Positions 38,154 through 48,948 of a DNA stretch of 64,000 nt are shown piece after piece. The notes beneath the pieces are model-generated. The model did not search any database. It saw only the letters and a list, made by a program, of their open reading frames with translations, and was not told the origin of the DNA. Both the position numbers and the translations under genes were made by a program. The DNA lies in the NCBI GenBank assembly GCA_016124755.1, contig WGNA01000004.1:36826-100825 (forward strand), written 5' to 3'. This DNA is from Bacteroidota bacterium. GTDB taxonomy: Bacteria; Bacteroidota; Bacteroidia; NS11-12g; UBA9320. Every line of letters starts with the position of its first letter. The first letter of the stretch is position 1.

Positions 38154-40817
38154 TCAATTCGAACTCACTACATTCGGGATATCGCCTTTGCCAATATTGA
38201 GATCTTCGCTCGCTTCTTCTTCTTTAAATTCCATCACGAGTTTCAGTGCATCCGGAACCACATCGCTGCACAAAACAATCAGGCTGCCTTCGGTTGCATT
38301 GCGGATGGCGTATGTAATTGCTTCCCGTTCGCTTGGAATGATATTGATCTTTTTATTCGGATCCACATCGATGATTCCGGCTTTTAACATGGCAATTAAT
38401 TCCTCTTCTGTTTTGCCACGCAGATTTTTATCCTGACGAATAATTACCTCATCAAACATTCGCGCGGCAATGCGTCCCATTTCGTTATTGTCTTCTTCGC
38501 GACGGTCACCGATTCCTGCAATGATCCCGACTTTCGGATGGCCTTCCATCTTATCGACAAACTGTTGAAGCGCTCTCATACCAGCCGGATTGTGCGCATA
38601 ATCGAGCAAAACAGTGAACTTTTTAAACCGGAACAAATTCAATCTTCCGGGAGTTTGTGATGCTGACGGAATAAAGGATTCGAGAGCAGCCCGGATATCA
38701 TGAAGTGAAAATCCACGAACGTACGCCGCCAACACAGCGGGCAAAACATTCTGAATCATAAACACAGCTTTGCCTTCGTAGGTGATCGGGATGTTCACCA
38801 CTTTGGAAACCCGCATCTTCCATTCACCTTTACAAATCGTAACATATCCGTTTTCATATATCGCCGAAAGTCCGCCGACCTTCATCATGGATTTGATATG
38901 CGGATTATTTTCGTCTAATGAGAACAGCGCAACATTGCACTGAACGTTCTTTCTCATCGCATACACCAGTTCGTCGTCGGCATTGAGAATGGCATAACCA
39001 TCGGGCAAAACAGTTTCTGGAATTACCCCTTTCACCCGTGCTAATTGTTCGATGGTCTGAATACCTTTTAAGCCGAGATGATCTGCTGCCACATTGGTTA
39101 CAATGCCGACATCGCAGTGATGAAAACCAAGTCCGGCGCGCAATAAACCCCCGCGCGCGCATTCAAGTACCGCGAAATCAACGGTCGGATCTTTTAGCAC
39201 AAATTCGGCACTTGCAGGTCCGGTGCAATCGCCACTCATCATCAATTGATTCTGTATATATACACCATCGCTGGTTGTGTAACCGACACGATATCCTTTT
39301 AGTCGTGCCATGTGAGCAATGAGTCTCGACGTGGTTGTTTTTCCATTGGTTCCGGTAATGGCAACAATGGGAATCCGGGCATTGGAGCCTGCCGGAAACA
39401 ACATGTCGATCACGTTGCCGGCGACATTTCTCGGCAAACCGGAAGTGGGAGCGAGGTGCATCCGGAAACCGGGACCGGCATTCACTTCGAGAACAGCTCC
39501 TCCTGTAACTTTCAGTGGTTCTGAAATATTGGTTGTTGAAATATCGATTCCACAGATGTCGAGGTCGATGATTTTGGAAATACGTTCGGCCATAAAGGCA
39601 ATGCTCGGATGCACAAAGTCGGTAACATCTTCAGCGGTTCCACCGGTGCTGAGGTTCGCCGTGTCTTTCAGATACAGAATTCTGCCTTCTTCTAAAACGT
39701 CATTCAGCGTAACACCCGCAGCTTTCAGCAGATTTTCGGTGAGTTCGTTTACTGTGATCATGGTCAGTACTTTCTCGTGACCGTAACCGCGTCGCGGATC
39801 GCTGTTCACTTTATCGATTAATTGCTGAACCGTTGATTTTCCGTCGCCGACAACATTTGCCGGAGTTCGTTTGGCAGCCGCAACTAATTTGTTGTCGATA
39901 ACTAAAAGACGGTAATCATCTCCTTTAATATAGCGTTCGACCATTACACTGTTCGACACCTTTTTTGCCGCTTCGAAACCTTTCAGTGCTTCTTCCATGG
40001 AGCGGATATTCACGGTGATTCCTCTTCCGTGATTTCCGTCGAGCGGTTTGGTAACTACCGGAAATCCGAGGGATTCCACCACTTCCTTCAATCCTCTTTC
40101 TGTGCGGATTAATTCGCCTCTTGGAACGGGAACTTCCGCCTGATCCAATAAGTATTTTGTATCTTCTTTATCGCAGGCAATCTCAACTCCGATGCTGCTC
40201 GTCTGACTGGTTACAGTTGCCTGAATGCGTTTCTGATTGGCTCCGTATCCCAATTGACAAAGTGAATATTTATTGAGCCGGATCCAGGGAATTCCGCGAC
40301 TTGCCGCTTCTTCGACAATACTGGCAGTTGACGGTCCGAGTCTTTCAGCTTCGCGGATTTCCCGCATTTCCTGAATGTCGGCCGCCAAATCATATTCGGT
40401 TCCTTTTATTAATGCTTCACAAATTCTAACAGAAGATTGGGCCGCAAATCTTCCAACTTTTTGTTCTTCGTAAGCAAACACAACATGATAAACTCCGTGT
40501 TCTCCATAACCGCGGGTTCTTCCAAAACCAACGTCCATTCCTGCGAGTGTCTGAATTTCCAAAGCGATATGTTCGATCACATGGCCCATCCAGGTTCCTT
40601 CTTTAACGCGTTTGAAAAAACCACCGGGTTCACCTTCACTACAGCGGTGTTCGTACATCGAAGGGAACATCGCAACGAGCCGGTCATAAAAACCATCCAC
40701 CTTATCTGAAGGATAATCTTCCATTTCTTCGAGGTCGAGAGTCATTACGATTAACTTGTGTCTTCTCACAGACCAGTAATTTGGTCCGTTCATTACGTTT
40801 ATTTCCCGGATGCGCAT
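38154..40817 (-). CDS. cphA: Cyanophycin synthetase CphA1
   Basis: GPNYWS N-domain, HRCS...GHVIEH, LGPST, ATP-grasp (KPLDGNHGRG, ANLSTGG, EVNAGPG) and Mur-ligase (GTNGKTT, DYAHNP) domains. Confidence 0.97.
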   Translation of the reverse strand: MRIREINVMNGPNYWSVRRHKLIVMTLDLEEMEDYPSDKVDGFYDRLVAMFPSMYEHRCSEGEPGGFFKRVKEGTWMGHVIEHIALEIQTLAGMDVGFGRTRGYGEHGVYHVVFAYEEQKVGRFAAQSSVRICEALIKGTEYDLAADIQEMREIREAERLGPSTASIVEEAASRGIPWIRLNKYSLCQLGYGANQKRIQATVTSQTSSIGVEIACDKEDTKYLLDQAEVPVPRGELIRTERGLKEVVESLGFPVVTKPLDGNHGRGITVNIRSMEEALKGFEAAKKVSNSVMVERYIKGDDYRLLVIDNKLVAAAKRTPANVVGDGKSTVQQLIDKVNSDPRRGYGHEKVLTMITVNELTENLLKAAGVTLNDVLEEGRILYLKDTANLSTGGTAEDVTDFVHPSIAFMAERISKIIDLDICGIDISTTNISEPLKVTGGAVLEVNAGPGFRMHLAPTSGLPRNVAGNVIDMLFPAGSNARIPIVAITGTNGKTTTSRLIAHMARLKGYRVGYTTSDGVYIQNQLMMSGDCTGPASAEFVLKDPTVDFAVLECARGGLLRAGLGFHHCDVGIVTNVAADHLGLKGIQTIEQLARVKGVIPETVLPDGYAILNADDELVYAMRKNVQCNVALFSLDENNPHIKSMMKVGGLSAIYENGYVTICKGEWKMRVSKVVNIPITYEGKAVFMIQNVLPAVLAAYVRGFSLHDIRAALESFIPSASQTPGRLNLFRFKKFTVLLDYAHNPAGMRALQQFVDKMEGHPKVGIIAGIGDRREEDNNEMGRIAARMFDEVIIRQDKNLRGKTEEELIAMLKAGIIDVDPNKKINIIPSEREAITYAIRNATEGSLIVLCSDVVPDALKLVMEFKEEEASEDLNIGKGDIPNVVSSN

Positions 40818-40836
40818 AGACGATAAAATTGAATTG

Positions 40837-40844
40837 TACCTTTG
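40837..40844 (+). promoter_or_regulatory. -7 promoter element (TACCTTTG) for cphB
   Basis: TAnnTTTG consensus in the 78-bp divergent spacer. Confidence 0.5.
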
Positions 40845-40895
40845 AAGCCGGTAATTTAATCAAATTATCCGCTGATTATTAGCGCAAAAGATTGT

Positions 40896-41768
40896 ATGAC
40901 GGATCGCACAAAAAGAGGGAAATTAATACCGATTGGAGGGAACGAAGACAAAGGGGCAGGAACGGATGAGAACTATACATTGGATTTTGTACAGCAGGGA
41001 ATTCTCTCGCATGTGGTTCGAGAAAGCGGTGGAGTAGATGCAAAAATTCTTGTGGTTCCAACCGCTTCCAGTATACCGGAAGAAGTTGGAGAAAATTATC
41101 AGGAAGCATTTGCAATTCTGGGTTGCAGCGATGTTCGTGTAATTCATATTCGAAAAAAAGGAGAATCGGATCAACCGGAATTTCTTCACTTGTTGCAGGA
41201 AGCAGATTGTGTGATGTTCACCGGTGGGGATCAATCCCGAATTTCCCGGCGAATCGGAGGTTCCGAATTTTTCAGAATCATGTTAGACCGGCACCTGAAC
41301 GACGAGCTTAATATAGCCGGAACCAGTGCAGGAGCAATGGCGATGGCTCTTGAAATGATTGCCGGAGGAAGCAGTACCGAAGCGTTTTTTAAAGGTGCGG
41401 TACAAATGAAAAAAGGACTCGGTCTTCTTCCCAAACTCATTATTGATACGCACTTTATTCAACGCGGTAGATTCGGAAGATTAACTGAAGCAGTTGCCCG
41501 TCACCCGCATTGTTTGGGATTCGGATTGGCCGAAGATACCGGACTTATAATTAAGGAAGGCCGATACGCCAAAGTGATCGGTTCCGGGATGGTGATTGTG
41601 ATCGACCCATCCGGAATTACGCACAACAACGATAAAATTCTCAAAGACGGAACACCAATGACCCTGATAGGTCTGAACACGCATATTCTGTCGAACGGTG
41701 ATACGATCGACCTTGAAACAAGAGCAGCCAAAGCACTCCCGATGCACGATAAATTTGAATGGGCTTAG
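40896..41768 (+). CDS. cphB: Cyanophycinase (peptidase S51), intracellular
   Basis: IPIGGNEDK, FTGGDQ, catalytic GTSAGA and DTHF.QRGR.GRL. No signal peptide. Confidence 0.95.
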   Translation: MTDRTKRGKLIPIGGNEDKGAGTDENYTLDFVQQGILSHVVRESGGVDAKILVVPTASSIPEEVGENYQEAFAILGCSDVRVIHIRKKGESDQPEFLHLLQEADCVMFTGGDQSRISRRIGGSEFFRIMLDRHLNDELNIAGTSAGAMAMALEMIAGGSSTEAFFKGAVQMKKGLGLLPKLIIDTHFIQRGRFGRLTEAVARHPHCLGFGLAEDTGLIIKEGRYAKVIGSGMVIVIDPSGITHNNDKILKDGTPMTLIGLNTHILSNGDTIDLETRAAKALPMHDKFEWA

Positions 41769-42704
41769 TTAAATCCAGTCTTCGTAGATCGCAACCTTCG
41801 ATTCTGATGAAGTTCGGTAAGCTCGATACATTCCTTCCGTATTAAAAGGAAGAGAAACATTTCCGTTCGCATCAACAGCGACCAGACCACCATCTCCTTC
41901 AATTTTAATCAGTCTCTTATTAATTACTAATTCGGAAGCTTCGGCTAAAGACAATCCTCCGAACTCCATTGCAGCTGAGACATCATACGCAACGACTCCC
42001 CGTATAAAATATTCACCGCTTCCGGTGCAGGAAACAGCGCAGGTATTGTTGTTGGCATACGTTCCGGCTCCAATAATTGGTGAGTCTCCGATGCGACCGA
42101 ATTTCTTGTTGGTCATGCCGCCGGTTGAAGTTGCGGCAGCCAGATTTCCGTTTAAATCGAGGGCTACGGCACCAACAGTTCCGAACTTTCCTTCGGGATT
42201 GATGCTGTGGTCTAATTGAACAACATCCGATTCACGGGCTTTCTGCCATTGGTTGTAGCGGAGTTCATTATAAAAGTAGGAGGGAGGAAGAAACTCGTAA
42301 CCCTGAGATCTCGCGAATTCCATTGCACCTTCCCCGGCGAGTATTACATGACCTGATTTCTCCATCACATCCCGGGCAAGTTGAACCGGATTCCGGATTC
42401 CGGTAACCATAGAAACGGCTCCGGCATTTCTGGATTTGCCTTCCATAATAGAAGCATCCATTTCATGCGTTCCGTTCGCTGTGAAAACACTGCCTTTTCC
42501 GGCGTTAAAGAGAGGAGAGTCTTCCAGAATTTTTACGCATTCAATTACAGCATCCAATGCAGAGCCACCGCTTTCAACGATGTAAAAGGCAGTGTCTCTT
42601 GCCTCAGATAAGGTAAGAATGTATTTCTCCTCTTCAGCTTTCGGGAGAAAGCCGCGTCGAAGAGTACCGGCGCCACCATGCAATGCAACAGCGACGGACT
42701 TCAT
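41769..42704 (-). CDS. iaaA: Isoaspartyl peptidase/L-asparaginase (Ntn hydrolase)
   Basis: HGGAG, FNAGKG, EMDASIM, autocleavage GTVGAVA, STGG and GRIGDSP motifs. Confidence 0.95.
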   Translation of the reverse strand: MKSVAVALHGGAGTLRRGFLPKAEEEKYILTLSEARDTAFYIVESGGSALDAVIECVKILEDSPLFNAGKGSVFTANGTHEMDASIMEGKSRNAGAVSMVTGIRNPVQLARDVMEKSGHVILAGEGAMEFARSQGYEFLPPSYFYNELRYNQWQKARESDVVQLDHSINPEGKFGTVGAVALDLNGNLAAATSTGGMTNKKFGRIGDSPIIGAGTYANNNTCAVSCTGSGEYFIRGVVAYDVSAAMEFGGLSLAEASELVINKRLIKIEGDGGLVAVDANGNVSLPFNTEGMYRAYRTSSESKVAIYEDWI

Positions 42705-42714
42705 ATCTTCAGGA

Positions 42715-43059
42715 TTATTTCGCTGCTTTAACGACTTCAGCGAAAGTCGATGGGTTGTTCATGGCCAAATCGGCGAGAACCTTACGGTTCAATTCGATGT
42801 TGTTGGCTTTGATTCCACCCATGAGTTTGGAGTAACTCATCCCATTGATGCGTGCACCTGCGTTGATACGCTGAATCCACAGACCTCTGAAGCTTCTCTT
42901 TTTCGCTTTACGATCTCGGTAGGCATAGCCCCAACCTTTTTCGATGGCGTTTTTAGCAACGGTCCACACATTCTTTCTGCGGCCAAAATATCCTTTGGCG
43001 TGCTTCATCATGTTTTTTCTTCTGCGTCTTGCGGCAACTACGTTTACTGAACGTGGCAT
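42715..43059 (-). CDS. rplT: 50S ribosomal protein L20
   Basis: [29 protein letters not shown] and [10 protein letters not shown]. Confidence 0.99.
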   Translation of the reverse strand: MPRSVNVVAARRRRKNMMKHAKGYFGRRKNVWTVAKNAIEKGWGYAYRDRKAKKRSFRGLWIQRINAGARINGMSYSKLMGGIKANNIELNRKVLADLAMNNPSTFAEVVKAAK

Positions 43060-43123
43060 AATTTAAATATTTGTTGACCGAGGCGTCCGTTAAAGGTTCT
43101 TAAGCCAGGCCAAGGTTAATGTT

Positions 43124-43272
43124 ATTTACGATTTACGATTTACGATTTACGAAGTACGAAGTACGATTGACGATGTGCGATCGACGATTTGCGAAGTGAG
43201 AATGGTCTGATGTCCGGGTTTCACTTTTCGCTTTCCGATCTTCGCTTTTCAATTTTCGCTTTTCGTTTTTCA
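43124..43272. repeat. Degenerate 7-bp tandem repeat array (about 20 units, mostly NNNNNCG)
   Basis: ATTTACG x4, AAGTACG x2, ATTGACG, ATGTGCG, ATCGACG, ATTTGCG, then CTTTTCG-type units. Confidence 0.9.
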
Positions 43273-43275
43273 AAT

Positions 43276-43476
43276 TTACTTTCCGATTCTCAGGAGAAAC
43301 TTCACGTTGTTTTCATCCGACTCGTGTACCAAACCACTATAGGTAAGATTACGTTTTTGCTTCGTAGTCTTTTTGGTGAGGATGTGTCGTTTGTACGCCT
43401 TGTTTCTCTTTATTTTTCCGGAACCAGTGAGGCTGAATCGCTTCTTGGCACTGGAATTTGTTTTCATCTTAGGCAT
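43276..43476 (-). CDS. rpmI: 50S ribosomal protein L35
   Basis: [21 protein letters not shown]...HILTKK. Confidence 0.99.
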   Translation of the reverse strand: MPKMKTNSSAKKRFSLTGSGKIKRNKAYKRHILTKKTTKQKRNLTYSGLVHESDENNVKFLLRIGK

Positions 43477-43482
43477 GATGTT

Positions 43483-44022
43483 CTATTTTTTCGGTGACAA
43501 CATTATAATCATTTTCTTTCCTTCCATTTTCGGCATCTGCTCCAGTTTGGCAACTTCCTGAAGCTTCTCCGCAAATTGAAGCAGGAGTAATTCTCCTCTT
43601 TCTTTATGCACAATCGTACGGCCTCTGAAAAATACATAAGCCCTTACTTTGTTCCCTTCCAGCAGAAACTTTTCAGCGTGTTTCCGCTTGAATTCGATAT
43701 CGTGATCGTCTGTGTTGGGCCCGAATCGGATTTCCTTTACAACAGACTTCGACTGGTTTGATTTAAGCTCTTTCTGCTTTTTTCTCTGCTCGTACAAGAA
43801 CTTCTTGTAGTCCAGAATTTTACAAACCGGCGGTTTCGCGTTAGGACTAATTTCAACAAGATCCAACTCCTCCGCCTGCGCCATTTTCAGGCCTTCAGCG
43901 AGTGATACTATCTGTGGTTCACCGGTACCGACCAATCTGATCGGGTCAGCTTTAATATAGGTGTTGATTCTGTGTGGATCCTCCTGTCGTTTGGTAGGAC
44001 CTTTAGCCTTAACTCTTTTCAA
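43483..44022 (-). CDS. infC: Translation initiation factor IF-3 (non-AUG start)
   Basis: LDLVEISPNAKPPVCKILDY.KFLYE, KEIRFGP.TDDHD and FFRGR motifs. Confidence 0.97.
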   Translation of the reverse strand: MKRVKAKGPTKRQEDPHRINTYIKADPIRLVGTGEPQIVSLAEGLKMAQAEELDLVEISPNAKPPVCKILDYKKFLYEQRKKQKELKSNQSKSVVKEIRFGPNTDDHDIEFKRKHAEKFLLEGNKVRAYVFFRGRTIVHKERGELLLLQFAEKLQEVAKLEQMPKMEGKKMIIMLSPKK

Positions 44023-44025
44023 AAA

Positions 44026-45960
44026 TTAATTTTCGTCTAAAACTTTGTTAAAAAATCCGGCAAACTCCTCCAACTTCATCGATCCCAAATCTCCTTTGCC
44101 ATGTTGGCGAACAGAAACTTCTTCATTTTCTGTTTCCTTCTCCCCGACAATCAGCATGATCGGAACTTTGTTCACTTCCGCATCACGGATTTTTTTACCA
44201 ATCTTTTCGTTCCTTTCGTCAACGAAGCCGCGAATATCGAGATTCTTTAGATATTTTAAAACTTTTTGTGCATAGTCGTTAAACTTGTCTGAAATCGGCA
44301 GAATAACAACCTGTTCCGGACTCAACCAAAGCGGGAAATTTCCGGCGCAATGCTCGATCAGAATTCCGATAAATCTTTCCAATGAACCAAAGGGTGCACG
44401 GTGGATCATCACTGGTCTGTGCTTCTGATTGTCGGCTCCCACGTATTCCAGTTCGAACCTTTCCGGCAAATTATAATCGACTTGAATGGTTCCCAATTGC
44501 CATTGTCTTCCAATAGCATCCTTCACCATAAAGTCGAGTTTGGGTCCGTAGAATGCCGCTTCTCCCAAAACCGTTACAGTTTCAAGATCCCTTTCGGCGG
44601 CAGCTTCAATAATGGATTGTTCTGCCATCGCCCAGTTCTCATCCGAACCGATGTATTTAGATTTATTCTCCGGATCGCGGAGAGAAATCTGTGCTGTGAA
44701 TTTATCGAAACCGAGTTTTCCAAAGACGAACATCACAAGGTCAATTACGTTCACGAACTCTTCTTTTATTTGTTCACGCGTGCAGAACAAGTGCGCATCG
44801 TCTTGTGTAAAACCGCGAACCCGGGCAAGTCCGTTTAACTCACCGGATTGTTCGTAGCGATATACCGTTCCGAATTCTGCAATGCGAAGCGGTAAGTCTT
44901 TGTAGGATCTTGGTTTGAATTTATAAATCTCGCAGTGATGCGGACAATTCATCGGTTTCAGCAGAAACTCCTCATTTTCGTTCGGAGTGTGAATCGGTTG
45001 AAATGAATCTTTACCGTATTTATCATAATGGCCGCTGGTAACATATAATTCCTTTTTACCAATATGCGGAGTTACCACCTGATCGTAGCCGCGCTCGATC
45101 TGTGCCTGACGCATAAACTTTTCGAGACGTTCGCGAATCGCAGTTCCTTTTGGCAACCAGATCGGCAGACCAGCACCGACTTTTTCGCTAAAGGTGAACA
45201 ATTCGAGTTCTTTACCGAGCTTTTTATGATCCCGCTTTTTCGCTTCTTCCAGCATGTGCAGGTACTCCGAAAGTTCTTTCTGCTTTGGAAAAGTGATAGC
45301 GTAAATTCGGGTAAGCTGTTTATTCTTTTCGTCGCCTCTCCAATATGCACCGGCGACCAGCATCAGTTTTACGGCTTTAATTTTTCCGGTACTCGGAATG
45401 TGCGGCCCGCGACAGAGATCCACAAAATTTCCCTGTTCGTAAAAAGTTATCTCGCCATCGTTCAACCCTGAAATGAGATCGAGTTTGTACGGATCTTCTT
45501 TTTCCTCAAAGTATTTTATGGCGTCTGCTTTCGAAACTTCGCTTCGCACATACGAGTTGTCTTCTTTGGCGAGTTCCATCATTTTGGCTTCTACTTTCGG
45601 AAATTCATCCGCCGAAAAATGATGTTCACCAAAGTCGATATCGTAATAAAAGCCATTTTCAATCGGGGGGCCGATTCCTAATTTTATTCCGGGATATAAA
45701 GCTTCTAATGCTTCTGCCATGAGGTGAGCACTCGAATGCCAAAAGGTTGATTTTCCCTCGGTGTCGTTCCACGTTAATAATTGCAGATTGGTTTGTTGTG
45801 GTAAGGTTCGCGTGGCATCCCAAACCACTCCGTTCACTTTAGCAGCGAGTACATTTCTCGCCAGACCTTCACTGATGTCCTGAGCAACATCCATTGATGA
45901 TGTTCCTTCAGGGTAATTCCGGACACTGCCATCCGGCAATTTAACTTCAATCGAACTCAA
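44026..45960 (-). CDS. thrS: Threonine--tRNA ligase
   Basis: TGS domain, HSSAHL, DLCRGPH, KPMNCP, AAFYGPK and [11 protein letters not shown]. Confidence 0.99.
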   Translation of the reverse strand: MSSIEVKLPDGSVRNYPEGTSSMDVAQDISEGLARNVLAAKVNGVVWDATRTLPQQTNLQLLTWNDTEGKSTFWHSSAHLMAEALEALYPGIKLGIGPPIENGFYYDIDFGEHHFSADEFPKVEAKMMELAKEDNSYVRSEVSKADAIKYFEEKEDPYKLDLISGLNDGEITFYEQGNFVDLCRGPHIPSTGKIKAVKLMLVAGAYWRGDEKNKQLTRIYAITFPKQKELSEYLHMLEEAKKRDHKKLGKELELFTFSEKVGAGLPIWLPKGTAIRERLEKFMRQAQIERGYDQVVTPHIGKKELYVTSGHYDKYGKDSFQPIHTPNENEEFLLKPMNCPHHCEIYKFKPRSYKDLPLRIAEFGTVYRYEQSGELNGLARVRGFTQDDAHLFCTREQIKEEFVNVIDLVMFVFGKLGFDKFTAQISLRDPENKSKYIGSDENWAMAEQSIIEAAAERDLETVTVLGEAAFYGPKLDFMVKDAIGRQWQLGTIQVDYNLPERFELEYVGADNQKHRPVMIHRAPFGSLERFIGILIEHCAGNFPLWLSPEQVVILPISDKFNDYAQKVLKYLKNLDIRGFVDERNEKIGKKIRDAEVNKVPIMLIVGEKETENEEVSVRQHGKGDLGSMKLEEFAGFFNKVLDEN

Positions 45961-46001
45961 TTTTCTGCAATTAAAATTTAAAACCTGAAGAGAGGAGAGA
46001 A

Positions 46002-47069
46002 TTAGTTTTTGCCAATACGTTTCAGCGCTTCTTTAGCGAGATTGAATTCGGGATCGATCTCAAGAGTGCTTTTATAATGCGTGGCAGCTTCGTCTAAATT
46101 TCCCTTGCCTTCATTACACAATCCCAACATATATTGGGCTTTTGCATAATCAGGGGCAAATTTAGCCGCGATGCGAAAATGTTCGATAGCTCGGTCTAAT
46201 TTATTTTGGCTAAAGAGAATGTAGCCGGTATTATAATAAGCAAGAAAGTGCCCGGGGTTAACATCAATTGCCCTCTGATAATTGGCAATTGCCGAATCGT
46301 ATTTCCCCAATCGCTGAAACAAATAACCTCTGCCATACCATCCTTCATCATTGTATTCGTCAACAACTGTAGCATTATGAAAATAGGCAAGTCCGATGGA
46401 ATCTTTCTTTTCGCTGTGTAACTGTCCGAGTTGAATCAGAGCATTATAATCATACGGATCGATCTGAATGGTTTTCCGGAATTCTGTGAGAGCCCCGGTT
46501 GTGTCGCCGGTTTCTTTGTACAGCATTCCCATGTAAAAGTGAGCTTCCTTGTTTGAAGGATTTATTTCAACCAAAGAACTCAATGTTTTTTTACTGTTGT
46601 CGAATTGCCGCACAAACAAATAAAACCGCCCGAGCCCCAGCAGTGCCTTTTCATTTTTCTTGTCAACCTCGACTGCTTTTTCATAAGAGTCCAATGCTTT
46701 TTTGGTTTCGTTTTCGGCCATCAGAATTTCCGCTTTGCCAATGTGATAATCGGCGTTCTTCGGTTTTAGTTTAATGGCCGCTTCCATATCTTTCAGTGCC
46801 AGTTTAAACTTTTTATTTTTCGCCAATTCAAGTCCCCTTTTATAAAGCAGTTCATCGTTGTCTGGGTTGGCATCGATCATTTTGCTGTATTCCCGAACCA
46901 CTAAACTCAATGTTGTGTCGTTTGCCATGGCACTGCCGCCCGAACCGAAAAATCCTCCGGAACAACCTCCGGTTCCTGTGATAATGATGTAAGTACAAGT
47001 GGCGATGATAATCGTTGTGAAAAATTTGCTCAATGGGATGTTAACTTTTAAATCGGTTTTTAAAATCAT
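46002..47069 (-). CDS. TPR-repeat protein, probably membrane-anchored or a lipoprotein
   Basis: N-terminal hydrophobic segment ending GGC, a Gly-rich linker, then multiple canonical TPRs. Confidence 0.8.
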   Translation of the reverse strand: MILKTDLKVNIPLSKFFTTIIIATCTYIIITGTGGCSGGFFGSGGSAMANDTTLSLVVREYSKMIDANPDNDELLYKRGLELAKNKKFKLALKDMEAAIKLKPKNADYHIGKAEILMAENETKKALDSYEKAVEVDKKNEKALLGLGRFYLFVRQFDNSKKTLSSLVEINPSNKEAHFYMGMLYKETGDTTGALTEFRKTIQIDPYDYNALIQLGQLHSEKKDSIGLAYFHNATVVDEYNDEGWYGRGYLFQRLGKYDSAIANYQRAIDVNPGHFLAYYNTGYILFSQNKLDRAIEHFRIAAKFAPDYAKAQYMLGLCNEGKGNLDEAATHYKSTLEIDPEFNLAKEALKRIGKN

Positions 47070-47218
47070 CTATACTTCTGGTGATAATCAATGTGTATTA
47101 AACCATCCGAATCCTTTGCGGATTTGATCTGCATCAGGCCACAAAATCTGACCTTGCCCAACCTTGGTTTAATGGGCCGAATTTCGATAATTTTGACCAC
47201 TCCAAAACGAAAGAGCCC

Positions 47219-48376
47219 ATGCCATTTTACCATCGGGCGGGAAAGATTCCGCATAAAAGACATACACAATTCAGAAAACCCGACGGCAGTCTTTACGCCG
47301 AAGAACTAATAAGCACCGAAGGCTTTTCTAATATTCTCTCATTGGTTTATCACTGCCATCCGCCAACGTTGGTAAAAGATATCGGAGAACCGGTTGATGT
47401 TCGCCCGAAATACATCGTGGAACACAATCTTCGGCATCGCAGTTTTCTCACATTTAGTACACCGCCAAAAGACGATTACCTCGATTCACGTGTGATACTA
47501 ATGGGGAATAACGACCTGATGATTGCTGTAGCAGCACCTAAAAAAAGCATGACCGATTATTATTACAAAAACTCGGATGCCGATGAAGTGCTTTTTATTC
47601 ACGAGGGAAACGGAACACTGAAAACCATTTACGGGAATATTGATTTTCGTTACGGTGACTATCTCGTAATTCCCCGGGGAACGATTTATCAACTCACGTT
47701 TAAAGATGAAAACAACCGGATTTTTATTACTGAAAGTTTCTCGCCGATTGTTCCGCCGAAGCGATATTTAAATCATTACGGACAGTTTTTGGAGCACAGT
47801 CCGTATTGCGAGCGCGATATCCGTCTTCCGGAAAATCTTGAAACCCACGACGAATCCGGCGACTTCAAAGTAATTATTAAAAAGTCGGGACATTATTATC
47901 CGTACACTTTCGCAACACATCCGTTTGACGCTATTGGTTGGGACGGATTTGTTTACCCGTACGCCTTTAATATAGAAGACTTCGAACCGATTACCGGAAG
48001 AGTGCATCAGCCGCCACCGGTTCACCAGACTTTTGAAGGACACAATTTTGTGATCTGTTCATTTGTGCCGAGGTTGTACGATTACCATCCCAATTCAGTA
48101 CCTGCACCGTACAATCACAGCAATGTCGACAGCGATGAAATTCTGTATTATGTGGATGGTGATTTTATGAGCCGCAAACATGTCGAACGCGGTATGATTA
48201 GTTTACACCCGAAAGGAATTCCGCACGGGCCGCATCCGGGAACGGTGGAAAAGAGCATCGGACAAAAAGAAACCGGAGAGCTCGCTGTAATGATAGATCC
48301 GTTTTACCCGCTCAATCTTACCGAAGCCGCTATTAATTTAGAAGACAAATCGTACTGGAAAAGCTGGGTCGAATAA
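47219..48376 (+). CDS. hmgA: Homogentisate 1,2-dioxygenase
   Basis: KRHTQF, NSDADE, HPFD..GWDG, HQPPPVH, PYNHSNVDSDE and HGPHPG motifs. Confidence 0.95.
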   Translation: MPFYHRAGKIPHKRHTQFRKPDGSLYAEELISTEGFSNILSLVYHCHPPTLVKDIGEPVDVRPKYIVEHNLRHRSFLTFSTPPKDDYLDSRVILMGNNDLMIAVAAPKKSMTDYYYKNSDADEVLFIHEGNGTLKTIYGNIDFRYGDYLVIPRGTIYQLTFKDENNRIFITESFSPIVPPKRYLNHYGQFLEHSPYCERDIRLPENLETHDESGDFKVIIKKSGHYYPYTFATHPFDAIGWDGFVYPYAFNIEDFEPITGRVHQPPPVHQTFEGHNFVICSFVPRLYDYHPNSVPAPYNHSNVDSDEILYYVDGDFMSRKHVERGMISLHPKGIPHGPHPGTVEKSIGQKETGELAVMIDPFYPLNLTEAAINLEDKSYWKSWVE

Positions 48377-48406
48377 TTTGAACTCACCTTTGTTTTAATT
48401 TGCCCG

Positions 48407-48841
48407 ATGCGATGGGGTTTCATTTTGGGTTTGCCAACAGCATTGTTCAGTCTTTATCTGGCAGGTCGGTTTATGGTTCCGGTAACCCGTGATTTAATAA
48501 TGGAAGTACCGGAGGGCGATGAATTTTTTCTGTTGGTTTCATTTATTATTTCCGTTTTAACTTCCGTGGCATCCGGCTTTTTAATGCTAAAAGCAGAAAA
48601 GGTGAACAGCATAAAATTTCTCCGAATACTGATGATTCTCGTAATTCTCGTTGCCGGATTTTTACTAACCTTTTTATTCATCACCGGCATTTTTATTCTA
48701 TCAGTAGCAATCATTGCCGGAACCTATTATATGGTTACCTCTTTATTAAGAAAAGGGAACTACACATATACTTCAATCTGGGTTTGCAGCCTGATTAATA
48801 TCGCATTTATGCTTCAACTCATCTTGTTTGAGCACATTTAA
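48407..48841 (+). CDS. Hypothetical membrane protein
   Basis: 144-aa ORF made almost entirely of TM segments. Confidence 0.65.
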   Translation: MRWGFILGLPTALFSLYLAGRFMVPVTRDLIMEVPEGDEFFLLVSFIISVLTSVASGFLMLKAEKVNSIKFLRILMILVILVAGFLLTFLFITGIFILSVAIIAGTYYMVTSLLRKGNYTYTSIWVCSLINIAFMLQLILFEHI

Positions 48842-48948
48842 TCCACATTTTGGGGAGTTTGTAAAATCCTTAAAAAGAATACTTTAGAGTCGAAAATAAG
48901 CATTATGCAGAGTCGCGATTTTCGATATTGAGTAAGATTCTGATTCAG

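Noticed and set aside
43189-43497. 102-aa plus-strand ORF with FRFS-like repeats
   Set aside because: It is the heptamer array plus the antisense strand of rpmI.
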